DNA of 64,000 nt, from positions 64,001 to 128,000 of the forward strand of contig JAVJSW010000049.1 of assembly GCA_040219255.1 (NCBI GenBank), given 5' to 3'. How positions within the stretch are numbered: position 1 is the stretch's first letter; every line of letters starts with the position of its first letter. Shown here piece by piece: positions 46,594 through 56,513 of the stretch. The notes beneath the pieces were generated by a model. It was not told the origin of the DNA. It worked only from the letters and a program-made list of their open reading frames with translations, and did not search any database. This DNA comes from Sumerlaeia bacterium. GTDB lineage: Bacteria > Sumerlaeota > Sumerlaeia > SLMS01 > JAHLLQ01. The position numbers and the translations under genes are program-made.

Positions 46594-48228
46594 GTGTTTC
46601 TCGACCTCTTAGCTCAGGCTGCCGCGGAAGCCCCCGCCGCCGAACCGTTTCTGTCCCGTGTGGGCAGCTTTCTTGTGGGACTGCTCGGCTTCGTGACAGC
46701 CTTTGGCCTTGCCGTTTTCATCCACGAACTGGGGCATTTCCTGGCCGCCAAGGCTTTCAAAGTCCCCGTCGAGCGCTTCGTCATCGGTTTCGACCGCGAG
46801 GCCATGCCGTTCATGCCCAAGTGCATTTGGGAACGGACTTATGGCGAGACGACCTATGGGCTGTCGCTGATGCCGCTGGGCGGGTACGTCAAGATGGCCG
46901 GCACGATCCACCCCGACATCGAACGCTATATCGACGGCGACGCCCCGAAAGAAGGCGAGCTGACGGAAACGGACGCGGCGGGTCTGGAAGTGCTGACCCA
47001 CGCCACGCCCTCGAAGCAGCAGCCGGCCGAGGCGGACACCGATACGGACAAGCCGGCTTCGCTCTCAGAGCAGGCGCTCCAGGATCAGGCGGCGCTTTAC
47101 AAGAAGCCGTTCTGGCAGAAAACGATCGTTTATGGCGCGGGCGTCACGATGAACATGCTCCTGGCTATGGTCATCGTGACGATCATGCTGGTGAAGGGCG
47201 AAAAAATCGACAAGCCGCTGCCGGCCGTCGTGGCCTGGCAGAGTCCCAACAGCGCCTTGGTACAGCAGGGTCTCGAGCCCGGCGACCGCATCGTCTCGAT
47301 TCACGGCACCCCGGTTTCGACGGACCGGGAGGTCTACGAAGTCTTGGGGAAACTGGCCAACCCGACGGTGATCGAGGCCCCCGGGTCGGACGTCAACGAA
47401 GGGACCACGATCACGGTGACGATTGGCCTGGACCGCGGCGGCGAGCAGTTGACGAGAACGGTGGACTATCACACGGCGGAATTCTTCGGTGAGGACGCGT
47501 TGATTTCCCGCCCCGCCAGCGTCGAATACGTGGTGCTCTACGAACCGGCGAGCAAGGGCGGCGTGAAGGAAGGGGACTTGATCCTGGAGGTGGAAGGAAC
47601 GCCGGTCCAGGACTGGTTCCACCTGGTGCACCTGATCAGCCAGTCGGCGAACGAAGATATGTCGTGGATCGTGCGGCGCAAGGATCAGGACGCACCGATT
47701 CAACTGACGGTGACGCCTCGCGAGGAAGAGATCGAACGCCCCGGCCTGGACCCCGTCGTGGTGGGCCGCGTGGGGATTCAGTATGGCGCGCTGGAAAAGG
47801 AAGTGGCGAAAGTCGGTCTGGGCGAGGCGATCCTGATCGCGCCGGGCCAGATCGTCCGCATGACGAAGGGCTATTTGTCGAACCTGGGGCGGCTGGGCAA
47901 GAACCTGGCCCAGGGCGACGTGCAGACCGTGCGGCGCGAGTTGGGCGGCCCGGTGGCTATCGGCCACATGGCGGGGCACCACGCCAACCTGGGGCTCGAC
48001 CGTTTTCTGCAATTCATGGTGATGCTGAACATCGCGCTGGCGGTGATGAACCTGCTGCCGCTGCCGGTGCTCGATGGCGGGCACATTGTGCTGGCGGGCT
48101 ACGAGGCAGTGGTGGGCAAGCCGGTGCCGCCGAAGATCCTGGTGCCGATTTTGAATGGGGCGGTGATTTTCCTGCTGGGTTTCGTGCTGCTGGTTTCCTT
48201 CAGCGATTTGCTGAAGATTTTCAGTTAG
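46594..48228 (+). CDS. rseP: RIP metalloprotease RseP with PDZ domains
   Basis: HELGH, PLGGYVKM, AGVTMN, two PDZ-like segments, NLLPLPVLDGGH; conserved dxr-rseP synteny. Confidence 0.93.
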   Translation: MFLDLLAQAAAEAPAAEPFLSRVGSFLVGLLGFVTAFGLAVFIHELGHFLAAKAFKVPVERFVIGFDREAMPFMPKCIWERTYGETTYGLSLMPLGGYVKMAGTIHPDIERYIDGDAPKEGELTETDAAGLEVLTHATPSKQQPAEADTDTDKPASLSEQALQDQAALYKKPFWQKTIVYGAGVTMNMLLAMVIVTIMLVKGEKIDKPLPAVVAWQSPNSALVQQGLEPGDRIVSIHGTPVSTDREVYEVLGKLANPTVIEAPGSDVNEGTTITVTIGLDRGGEQLTRTVDYHTAEFFGEDALISRPASVEYVVLYEPASKGGVKEGDLILEVEGTPVQDWFHLVHLISQSANEDMSWIVRRKDQDAPIQLTVTPREEEIERPGLDPVVVGRVGIQYGALEKEVAKVGLGEAILIAPGQIVRMTKGYLSNLGRLGKNLAQGDVQTVRRELGGPVAIGHMAGHHANLGLDRFLQFMVMLNIALAVMNLLPLPVLDGGHIVLAGYEAVVGKPVPPKILVPILNGAVIFLLGFVLLVSFSDLLKIFS

Positions 48229-48231
48229 GCC

Positions 48232-49224
48232 TCAGCGCCGCACCTTCAGGTATCGCCGGGCGGCGGCTTCGTAGGCCAGCGGGCTGAGCCAGCGAATCGG
48301 CGCGATGGTGGAGAGCACGCCGGCGGTGTTTGTGAGGGAGGGATTGACGGCCTGGGCCTTGCGGAATTGCTCGCGGGCGAGGGACCAGTTGGACTCGAGC
48401 CCGGCGTAGAAGGCGGCCATCTGATGGCAGCGGGCATAGCGGGACTGGACGCGCCGTTCGCCAAGACGCTCGGCCAGTACGGGATGGCGTTCGAGGAGTT
48501 GTTCGAGCCCGCGGCGGGTTTCCTCGTATTGCTCGGCCCGGCGCGGAGCGGCGGCCATGGAGGTGTTGTTGCCATGCCGGCGCCAGCGGCCCAGCTCGCG
48601 GTCGCGCAGGCAAATGGCCGGGCCGACAAGGCCCAGTTCGATCCACTTGAGATAGTCGGTGTTCGGCCCCGGCCCCCAGAACGGGCCGCTTCGCCGCCAG
48701 GCTTCCTTGCGGAACATGACCGAGATGGCGGGGACGAAGCAGTAGTTGGCGAAGAGTTCGGAGGCGAAATCGCCCTCGACCGGGGGGTAATTGTCGAAGT
48801 GGGTGCCGAGGCGCCGCTCATCGTCGTCGATGGCTTCGGCGTTTCCATAGACCATGCTGGCTTCTGGATTGGCGTCGAGGGCCTCGACTTGCCATTCGGT
48901 GCGTTGGCGCGGGAGGAGATCGTCGGAGTCGACGATGCTGACATAGGGGGCGCGGGTCATTTCCGTGCCGCGATTGCGGGCGGCGACGACGCCGCGGTTT
49001 TCTTGACCAAAGGCGCGAATGCGGGGGTCGCGGCGGGCGTAGTCTTCTGCCACCGAGAGGGTGCCATCGCGCGATCCATCGTCGACGACGACGATCTCGA
49101 AGTCCTGGATCGTCTGATCGAGAATCGAGTCGAGCGTCGCGCCGATATAGCGCTCGTGATTGTAGGAGGCGATGACGAAGCTGACGCGGGGGACCGGGGG
49201 CAATTCATCGCTGGGGAGCGCCAT
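48232..49224 (-). CDS. Glycosyltransferase family 2
   Basis: VSFVIASYNHERYI, VVDDGSRDGT, ENRGVVAARN, VDSDD. Confidence 0.92.
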   Translation of the reverse strand: MALPSDELPPVPRVSFVIASYNHERYIGATLDSILDQTIQDFEIVVVDDGSRDGTLSVAEDYARRDPRIRAFGQENRGVVAARNRGTEMTRAPYVSIVDSDDLLPRQRTEWQVEALDANPEASMVYGNAEAIDDDERRLGTHFDNYPPVEGDFASELFANYCFVPAISVMFRKEAWRRSGPFWGPGPNTDYLKWIELGLVGPAICLRDRELGRWRRHGNNTSMAAAPRRAEQYEETRRGLEQLLERHPVLAERLGERRVQSRYARCHQMAAFYAGLESNWSLAREQFRKAQAVNPSLTNTAGVLSTIAPIRWLSPLAYEAAARRYLKVRR

Positions 49225-49473
49225 GGTATAGAAGTCCGCGTGGGGGATGGCTTTCGTGAAGATCGGGCGCGAAAGCTGAGGCAACGAAAGGGAAGGGGGC
49301 GGGATGGCTCAACCGGAAAGCCGGGCTCCAGAGGCGGTCCTGTGGCCGAAGGCGCGCCAAATGGGGGCAGAGCGTCCGGCATTGGCGTTGACCTGAGGAG
49401 GCGCCCTAAGTACTCGTCACCATTCCGGGGAGGGCAAGGCGCCACTTACCCAACTTTCGCTAGATCGTCTCTT

Positions 49474-50352
49474 GTGTCCACTCAAGTTAGCCCCGGCCTG
49501 ACCATAACTACCATCAGCTCTGACCCACGGGTGCGAGTGATTCAGGCGATTCGCGACCTGGTGGAGTACCGCGAGTTGTTCATGGCGTTCGTGATGCGCG
49601 ATCTGCGGGTCCGCTATAAGCAGACGGCCCTGGGCGTGGTCTGGGTGGTGCTTCAGCCGCTGATTACGGGTGTGGTCTTCGCAGCGATTTTCGGTCTGAT
49701 CCGGGGACAGTTCTCCGGGGCCGACGCGCTGCTGTTCTTCATGGCGGGCCTGGTTCCCTGGACCAGTTTTCAGAAGGGCGTGCAGACGGCGGCGATGAGC
49801 CTGGAGCAGAACGCGAATCTGGTGGCGAAGGTGTACTTTCCCCGCATGACGGTGCCGTCGGCCTATGTGATCGCGTCGATGGTGGATTTTCTGTTCGCGT
49901 TTATCACGCTGGTGGCGATCGCGGTGCTGGCGGGAGCCTTCGATTGGCGATTGGTGGCGCTGGCGCCGATGCTGATGCTGATTCAGATGGTGGCCGGTTT
50001 GGGGATGGGTCTGCTGACGGCGCCGCTCAACGCGCAATACCGGGACGTGAAGTACATCATCCCGTTCGTGTTGCAGTTGGGGATGTTCCTGACGGTTTGG
50101 ATTCCGTTGGAGCAATGGCGGCAAGGTGAGGTGGGTTTCGGGGCCGAGATCGCTTGGATCGAGCCCTACATCTACCAGATTCTGTCCTTGAACCCGATGG
50201 CGGCGGTCGTCGAGACTTTCCGGGCTGTCCTGCAGGGGAGCGCTCTGAACTGGGTTCTGATCGGCAAGGGTGCCGGCGTCGCGGCCGTTCTCCTGATCGT
50301 GGGAGTTCGATTCTTCACCAGCCGCGAACGGCGGCTCGTCGATATTCTGTAG
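49474..50352 (+). CDS. wzm: ABC-2 polysaccharide export permease (Wzm)
   Basis: RDLRVRYKQTALGVVWVVLQPL, KVYFPR, YRDVKYI, LNPMAAVVETFR. Confidence 0.92.
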   Translation: MSTQVSPGLTITTISSDPRVRVIQAIRDLVEYRELFMAFVMRDLRVRYKQTALGVVWVVLQPLITGVVFAAIFGLIRGQFSGADALLFFMAGLVPWTSFQKGVQTAAMSLEQNANLVAKVYFPRMTVPSAYVIASMVDFLFAFITLVAIAVLAGAFDWRLVALAPMLMLIQMVAGLGMGLLTAPLNAQYRDVKYIIPFVLQLGMFLTVWIPLEQWRQGEVGFGAEIAWIEPYIYQILSLNPMAAVVETFRAVLQGSALNWVLIGKGAGVAAVLLIVGVRFFTSRERRLVDIL

Positions 50353-50360
50353 AGGTGTCT

Positions 50361-51686
50361 GTGTCCGGACCGGAGGTTCAAAGCCCCCCCGCCATCGTCA
50401 AGTCGGCGGATACAACGCCGGGCACGGCGGCGTCTTCTCGCTCGGCGATTCAGATGAATGGGATCGGCAAGCGTTATCGGCTGGGCGATTCGCGGCGGAT
50501 GAACGACTCGCTGGGCGACGAAATGGCGGGCTGGTTCTCGCGCTGGCGCCGGCGGGGCCAAGACAAGGATGGCGACAGTCTGTTTTGGGCGCTGCGGGGC
50601 ATCGATCTGGAAGTGATGCGCGGAGACACGGTGGGCATTATCGGGCGCAACGGCGCGGGAAAGTCCACCCTGCTCAAGATCCTCAGCCGCATCACGACCC
50701 CCACGACGGGAACGATGCGATACATGGGGCGTCTGGCCAGTCTGCTGGAAGTGGGCACCGGTTTCCACCGCGAACTGACGGGCCGAGAGAACATCTTCCT
50801 GAACGGTTCCATCCTGGGCATGCGCCGCCGTGAAATCGAACAACAGTTCGACGCCATCGTGGAATTCGCCGGTACGGAAAAGTTCCTCGACACCCCGGTC
50901 AAATTCTACTCCAGCGGCATGTACGTGCGCCTGGCCTTCGCCGTGGCGGCCCATCTGCGCACCGACATCCTGGTGGTGGACGAAGTGCTGGCTGTGGGGG
51001 ACGCGCAGTTTCAGAAGAAATGCCTCGGCAAAATGCAGGACGTGGCGGGCGACGGGCGAACGGTGCTGTTTGTGAGCCACAACATGGCGACCGTTCAAAG
51101 GCTTTGCGCGTCGTGCATTTACCTGCGCGATGGTCAATTGGTCACATCCGGAGAGACGGTGCAGGTGATTCAGGAGTACCTGAAGAGCGGCATCAACCTG
51201 GGAGCGTGTGCGGATCGCGGTCCTGATCCTTCGTTCCCGATGCGGCTGCGGACGGCTGCGGTGGTGGACGAGGAGGGAGAGATTCTGCACCAGGTCGAGC
51301 GCTCGCAGAAGGCTTTCCTCTCCGTGCGTTACGACATCAACGAACCGGTGAAGGATGTCCACGTGGTCTGTCACATCACGGATATGCAAAACAACATTAT
51401 CGTAAGCACGGGCGATTGCGACATGGGTCGGGACGTTTCCGCGGTCCGGTCTCCCGGAGCGTACGAAGGACGATTTCAAATTCCTTCCCACACGCTGAAC
51501 GATGGGAGCTACTCTGTCACGGTTGCACTGGGGATCCCCTACCGGACGGTTTACGACCGGGAGGCCTCCTGCGCAGATTTTCAAGTCGTGGATTTGCGGC
51601 GCGAAGAAGGCCCGACGTACGCCCAGCGGCGTCCGGGCTTCTTGGCCATCGATATTCCGTGGGAAGTGGTAAGGGTCGAAGAATGA
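50361..51686 (+). CDS. wzt: Polysaccharide ABC transporter ATPase with C-terminal Wzt_C domain
   Basis: GIIGRNGAGKSTL, YSSGMYVRLAF, VDEVLAVGDAQFQKKC; about 150-aa beta-rich C-domain. Confidence 0.93.
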   Translation: MSGPEVQSPPAIVKSADTTPGTAASSRSAIQMNGIGKRYRLGDSRRMNDSLGDEMAGWFSRWRRRGQDKDGDSLFWALRGIDLEVMRGDTVGIIGRNGAGKSTLLKILSRITTPTTGTMRYMGRLASLLEVGTGFHRELTGRENIFLNGSILGMRRREIEQQFDAIVEFAGTEKFLDTPVKFYSSGMYVRLAFAVAAHLRTDILVVDEVLAVGDAQFQKKCLGKMQDVAGDGRTVLFVSHNMATVQRLCASCIYLRDGQLVTSGETVQVIQEYLKSGINLGACADRGPDPSFPMRLRTAAVVDEEGEILHQVERSQKAFLSVRYDINEPVKDVHVVCHITDMQNNIIVSTGDCDMGRDVSAVRSPGAYEGRFQIPSHTLNDGSYSVTVALGIPYRTVYDREASCADFQVVDLRREEGPTYAQRRPGFLAIDIPWEVVRVEE

Positions 51687-52591
51687 GAGACGGCGAAATG
51701 AATCCCGCACCCAAAGCGGAGCCCCGGATCGATCAACTCCCGGTCATAGACGTGACCAGCGAGTTCCCCAAGCCCAAGAAGGAGAAGCCGAAGAGCTTCT
51801 GGGGCCGCGTTTCGAAGAGCGTGCGCTACCACCTGTTCGGCCCGGCGCCGGCGGATTCGAACCCCTTCACGCCCTACATGGCGCGGCTGAATCTGTTGGA
51901 TCGGACGGCGGACTTTCCGGTGATTTTTCCGAAGCACCGTTGGTGCTTCGTGCGCTTCTCCGACGAAGGGGATTTCCTGACGGCGATGATGAAGGACATT
52001 CGTCCGGCGGACGTTGTCTGGGATGTCGGTTCTTTCCTCGGCATGGTGACGGTCTTCGCCGGAAAGTTCGCGAGCGAGGGCCGCGTTATCGCCATCGAAC
52101 CGGACCCGGCACTGGCGGCGCGGACGCGCAAGAATCTGGTGCTCAACGGCGTGAAGAACGCTGAGGTGATCGAGGTGGGACTGGGCGAGGAGGAAGGCAC
52201 GGTTCGGCTGAACACGAGCGGCGAGTCGGGCGCCGCGCCGGCGATCATGGACAAGGGCCTGGAGACCTACATCGAAATCGCCATCAAGACCGTGGATCAA
52301 TTGGTCGCCGAAGAGCCGGCCCGCTTCCCGAACATTCTGAAAATCGATGTCGAAGGGTTTGAAACGCATGTCCTGCGGGGAATGAAGGCGACGCTGGAGG
52401 ACGAGCGTTTGCGGAGCATCTACCTGGAACTGCATCCCGTCTATCTGTTCAAGAAGGGGGAAGCGATCGAGGAACCGCTGGTCTTGCTGCGCGAGGCGGG
52501 ATTCGAGATGACGTATTGCCTGGTCAAGCGCCAGGAGATGGTCTTCGCGTTTCAGCGAAAGTCGAAGAAGGCGGCGGCGTCCGGTTCCTGA
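51683..52591 (+). CDS. FkbM-family methyltransferase
   Basis: VWDVGSFLG, IEPD, ILKIDVEGFETHVLRG; ATGA overlap with wzt. Confidence 0.88.
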   Translation: MRDGEMNPAPKAEPRIDQLPVIDVTSEFPKPKKEKPKSFWGRVSKSVRYHLFGPAPADSNPFTPYMARLNLLDRTADFPVIFPKHRWCFVRFSDEGDFLTAMMKDIRPADVVWDVGSFLGMVTVFAGKFASEGRVIAIEPDPALAARTRKNLVLNGVKNAEVIEVGLGEEEGTVRLNTSGESGAAPAIMDKGLETYIEIAIKTVDQLVAEEPARFPNILKIDVEGFETHVLRGMKATLEDERLRSIYLELHPVYLFKKGEAIEEPLVLLREAGFEMTYCLVKRQEMVFAFQRKSKKAAASGS

Positions 52592-52748
52592 CGGATCGGC
52601 ACCGCGCTCCCACCGCCTCGCCAGGGGCCAAAACGTCTTGCATCCCGCGCGTCAATCGACGGTTTATTCCCCCTCCCGCTCAAGAGGGCGGAAGAATCCT
52701 GGGAGCGAGCACGCCCTCCCAACCGTTTTGAAGAGGCCCATCGGACTC

Positions 52749-53747
52749 GTGAGCAAGAATGCAGTCATATTGGGAGGCGGCGCCATCGCCATCAATTTCC
52801 ATCTGCCGCGGGTGAAAACGATGCTCGGGGCGGAGAGGGTTGTCGTGGTGGAGGTGAGCGCTCCGCGGAGGGAAGAACTCGCCCGCGAGTTCGGAAGCGA
52901 CCGGTCGGTGGAGATCGTGGAGTCGCTTCCGGCGACCGGCCAGTTCGATTTCGCCGTGATCGCCACACCACCCAAGTTCCACTTTGAATACTTCGAGCAA
53001 CTCAAGGGCCGGGCGCGGGACATCCTGATCGAGAAACCCATGACGTTGAACGCGGAGGAAGCTCGCCGCGTGGCAGAGATCTGTGCCGGCGGTGGTCCCC
53101 GGGTTTACGTGGCGTTGATCCGGAGGACGCTGGGCGGGTTCGCCCTGATCCGGGAGATGATCCGGGCCAATCAGTTCGGCGCGCTGAAGAAGGTCACTCT
53201 GACGGAGGGTGGCATTTTCGGTTGGATGGCCGTTTCCATGGGGTCCTTTTCGCGGACCCTGAACGGCGGCGGCGTCCTGATGGACACGGGGCCCCATACC
53301 ATCGACCTGCTGTTTCAGGTGTTCGACACCGTCGAATTCCAAGCCAGTTGGATGGATGCGGACCTGAGCGAAGGCGGCGAAACGATCGAGGCCAATTGCA
53401 CGCTGGACCTCTTGGCGGACGGCGCGGTGCCGGTGCGCCTGAGCCTGAGCCGCAATCGCAACTTCTCAAACCTGGCGGTCTTCGAATTCGAAGCGGCGGT
53501 CTGCAAAGTCGGCGTCCGCGACGACGAGGTCACGGTGGACATGGCCTCGGGGGTGCCGCTGAAGGCGATGCCGACCGACGAATTCGCCGAGATGGGCAAA
53601 GACTTCAAAGCTCTCTTCGACAGGTATTACGCTCGGTTCTTGCTCCGCCAGGACAACACCGGCGTGGCTCCGGAAGACTCGGAGAAGATCGCTCGGATCA
53701 TCGACGCCGCTTACCAGAACGCCCAACCGATCAAGGGAGGATTCTGA
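52749..53747 (+). CDS. Gfo/Idh/MocA-family oxidoreductase
   Basis: ILGGGAIA, IATPPKFH, LIEKPM, GGGVLMDTGPHTID. Confidence 0.88.
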   Translation: MSKNAVILGGGAIAINFHLPRVKTMLGAERVVVVEVSAPRREELAREFGSDRSVEIVESLPATGQFDFAVIATPPKFHFEYFEQLKGRARDILIEKPMTLNAEEARRVAEICAGGGPRVYVALIRRTLGGFALIREMIRANQFGALKKVTLTEGGIFGWMAVSMGSFSRTLNGGGVLMDTGPHTIDLLFQVFDTVEFQASWMDADLSEGGETIEANCTLDLLADGAVPVRLSLSRNRNFSNLAVFEFEAAVCKVGVRDDEVTVDMASGVPLKAMPTDEFAEMGKDFKALFDRYYARFLLRQDNTGVAPEDSEKIARIIDAAYQNAQPIKGGF

Positions 53748-54892
53748 TGCGCGTCGCGATCTTTGGCGGAACGGGGTTCATGGGTTACGATTTCGTGCGT
53801 CTGCTTCTTGACGAAGGGACCCACGAACCGGTGGTGTACTGCACGAGCCCAAAAAACCTGACGAATTTGCGGCGCCATCCGGTCGCGGTCCGTTTCGTTC
53901 CTCCGCACCTGATGGCCAATGAAAACCTGGACGAAGACATCGACCTGATCGTCAACTTCGCCCATCCTTTCCAACAACGCGACCAGATGACGCCGAATCA
54001 GCAGACCGATCTGTTCGTCCGGTTCCTGGAAAAAGCGCGCGCCAGGAACCCGAAACTCCGGATGGTGCATATCAGCACCTTGTCGGTGTACGAGCCTTTC
54101 TCCGAGGACAAAGAATATGCCGAGACCGATCCGCTCGACCCTCCCGGATCGGATCTCTATGCGACGACGAAACTTTACGCCGAGAAGGCGATCCGCGGAA
54201 TCGCGGGTGCGGAGGAGTGGCAGGTGGTCTTGCGGCCGACGATCGTTTACGGGTCATTTTGCCGCCCGTGGACCGATGGGTTGCTGAAGGCTTTCGCCGA
54301 GGGCGACGTGGGCTATTGCGATCTGGGCGGCATGATTCAGCCGATCACGGGCCGCGACATCTCGCGCTTCATCCGTCGTGTGATGGACGATTTCAAGCCC
54401 GGCGTCTACAACATGGCGGGCCAGGAGAAGGTCTCCTGGAAGGAATTCTTCACGCTGTTCCAGGAAGTGGTCGGCGAGGGCCGGTTGGTGCAGGTCGAAC
54501 CGCCTCCGCCGGGCGCGGTGCCGGTGCAGCTCGACGGGCTGGCGTTCTATCGCTTCCACGCCAAGGAATTGCAGAGAGTCATCGTGGCGAATCGGTCTTT
54601 TAACGCCATCGCGACGCGTATGGCGAAACCGGTGCCTCGGACGCTGGTGATGAAGGTGCGCCGTTCGCTGGGCCTGGACAAGCCTCCGGCTCCAAGACGC
54701 GCGGGCGCGGCGGCCGCCGGAACGGACGTGCAATTGCAGTTCACGAAGCCCTTCTTCGGGGAAGACCGGCTGGTGTCGCGGGCGCATTTCGAGGATACCT
54801 TTCCCGATTTCGCGACCACGCCGCTCGGCCAAATGAAAGAGACTTTACGCGAGTATTACGAATATCGGTTCACCGATAAGATTTATACGTAA
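53747..54892 (+). CDS. NAD-dependent epimerase/dehydratase family protein
   Basis: IFGGTGFMG, HISTLSVY, YATTK, LRPTIVYG; TGATG coupling. Confidence 0.88.
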   Translation: MRVAIFGGTGFMGYDFVRLLLDEGTHEPVVYCTSPKNLTNLRRHPVAVRFVPPHLMANENLDEDIDLIVNFAHPFQQRDQMTPNQQTDLFVRFLEKARARNPKLRMVHISTLSVYEPFSEDKEYAETDPLDPPGSDLYATTKLYAEKAIRGIAGAEEWQVVLRPTIVYGSFCRPWTDGLLKAFAEGDVGYCDLGGMIQPITGRDISRFIRRVMDDFKPGVYNMAGQEKVSWKEFFTLFQEVVGEGRLVQVEPPPPGAVPVQLDGLAFYRFHAKELQRVIVANRSFNAIATRMAKPVPRTLVMKVRRSLGLDKPPAPRRAGAAAAGTDVQLQFTKPFFGEDRLVSRAHFEDTFPDFATTPLGQMKETLREYYEYRFTDKIYT

Positions 54893-54913
54893 AGGCTCGA
54901 ATGGAGATTCACG

Positions 54914-55651
54914 GTGGAAAAGACAGAAATCTACGACAGCCTGAACAAGACCTACTTCTCGGAGGATTGCGACGAGCGCCGGACGCTGGACGCCCTGCCA
55001 CCGCTGCTTCGCAACGCCAAGCGATTTGTGGACATCGGCGCGAGTCTTGGCCAATATACCCGGTATTGCAACAAGCACTTGAATGGCGCGAAGATGTGGG
55101 CGATCGAAGCCGATCCGGTCCGCTATGAAGAATTGGCGCGCAATTGTGCACAATGGCAGGGCGAAAGCTCGAACACCATCGATGTCATTCATGGCGCGGT
55201 CTCGGATCAAGTCGGGGAGATCGTCTTCTATACGAGCAACAGCACCGTCAGCGGCGGTCTCTTTCAGCATGCAGTCAAGAGTGGGGATGTGGAATGGCAG
55301 GAGGTGCGAGTTCCTGCCTGCACGCTCGATTCCCTCTTTTCAAATGAGCCTCCGGATTTTATCAAGATCGATGTCGAAGGCGTGGAACTGCGTGTCCTCA
55401 AAGGCAGCGTGGAAATTTTGAAGAAGAAGAAGACGTTTCTCCTGGTCGAGGTTCATAGTTGGGCCGATCCCCAAGGACAAAAGAATCCCCGGGAAGTGTT
55501 GGACTTCATGAAGTCTCATGGTTACTATGCCCTGCCCTTCCACGGCAAGTACCTCTTTATGCCGATGTCCGCGGAGTACCTGAGGCGGCGCTGGCGCTCG
55601 CTGTTCAACAAAGCCAAGCAGCGCCTCTTGCCCCGCCGGAAAGCCAGTTGA
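54914..55651 (+). CDS. FkbM-family methyltransferase
   Basis: FVDIGASLG, IEAD, PDFIKIDVEGVELRVLKG. Confidence 0.88.
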   Translation: MEKTEIYDSLNKTYFSEDCDERRTLDALPPLLRNAKRFVDIGASLGQYTRYCNKHLNGAKMWAIEADPVRYEELARNCAQWQGESSNTIDVIHGAVSDQVGEIVFYTSNSTVSGGLFQHAVKSGDVEWQEVRVPACTLDSLFSNEPPDFIKIDVEGVELRVLKGSVEILKKKKTFLLVEVHSWADPQGQKNPREVLDFMKSHGYYALPFHGKYLFMPMSAEYLRRRWRSLFNKAKQRLLPRRKAS

Positions 55652-55658
55652 GGACGGC

Positions 55659-56513
55659 ATGGTGACCCCCGCGCAAGAAACCGTTCCAACCCCACGGTTC
55701 GACTCCGTCTACAACCCCTTGGAGCGGGGCATACTGCGACTGATGACGCGGAGAAAGCGAAAGCGGACGTTTTTTGATCTCTATGAACGGCTGAAGTCGT
55801 CACGCGGTGATGTGACCCCTTTTCGTAACCGTCATGAAGGCGAGCGCTGCTTCATTATGGGCGGCGGGCCCTCGCTCAAGAAAATCGACCCCACGTTTCT
55901 CAAATCCGAGATAACGTTTGGGGTCAATGGCGTCTTCCTGATTTTCGATTGGCTCGGATTTCAACCGGATTATTATGCCGTGGAAGATCGATTGGTGTTC
56001 GAGGATCGATGGAATGACATTCGAAAATTCGTCACGAAGCCAGAGTGCTTCTTCTCCATTCAATTTGCGTGCCCCCAGTTCGACCGCCCCAATCACCACT
56101 ATCTTCGGTCGATTTACGATTTTGACCCTGCCGCCGGTTTCCCGCGCTTTAGCGAAGACGTCAGCAAGGTTGTCTGGATCGGTGGCACAGTGACCTACGT
56201 CTGCATGCAGCTTGCCTTCTACATGGGATTCCAGGAAGTTTATCTGATTGGGATGGATCACAATTATGCCAGGCCCGATCACGTTCAGGCGGAGGGCAAT
56301 GTGTGGACGAGTCATGGCGAGGACCCAAACCATTTCCATCCGGATTATTTCGGCAAGGGATACCGGTGGCACGATCCCAAGGTGGACCGGATGGAGACGG
56401 CTTATCGCAAAGCGAAAGACGTTTTCGAAGCGCACGGCCGCAAGATCTACAACGCGACCGCCGGCGGTCAGCTCGAGGTTTTCGAGAGAGTGAACTACAA
56501 TGACCTCTTCTGA
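55659..56513 (+). CDS. MptE-like/Maf (DUF115) family protein, probable ulosonic-acid transferase
   Basis: CFIMGGGPSL, FGVN, GGTVTYVCMQLAFYMGFQEVYLIGMDHNY. Confidence 0.8.
   Translation: MVTPAQETVPTPRFDSVYNPLERGILRLMTRRKRKRTFFDLYERLKSSRGDVTPFRNRHEGERCFIMGGGPSLKKIDPTFLKSEITFGVNGVFLIFDWLGFQPDYYAVEDRLVFEDRWNDIRKFVTKPECFFSIQFACPQFDRPNHHYLRSIYDFDPAAGFPRFSEDVSKVVWIGGTVTYVCMQLAFYMGFQEVYLIGMDHNYARPDHVQAEGNVWTSHGEDPNHFHPDYFGKGYRWHDPKVDRMETAYRKAKDVFEAHGRKIYNATAGGQLEVFERVNYNDLF

Noticed and set aside
48367-49473. Apparent 661-aa Wzm fusion
   Set aside because: The upstream part is antisense to the GT2 gene; Wzm starts at about 49474.
49225-49473. ops/JUMPStart element before wzm
   Set aside because: Only GGCGGTCC is present, not the GGCGGTAG core.
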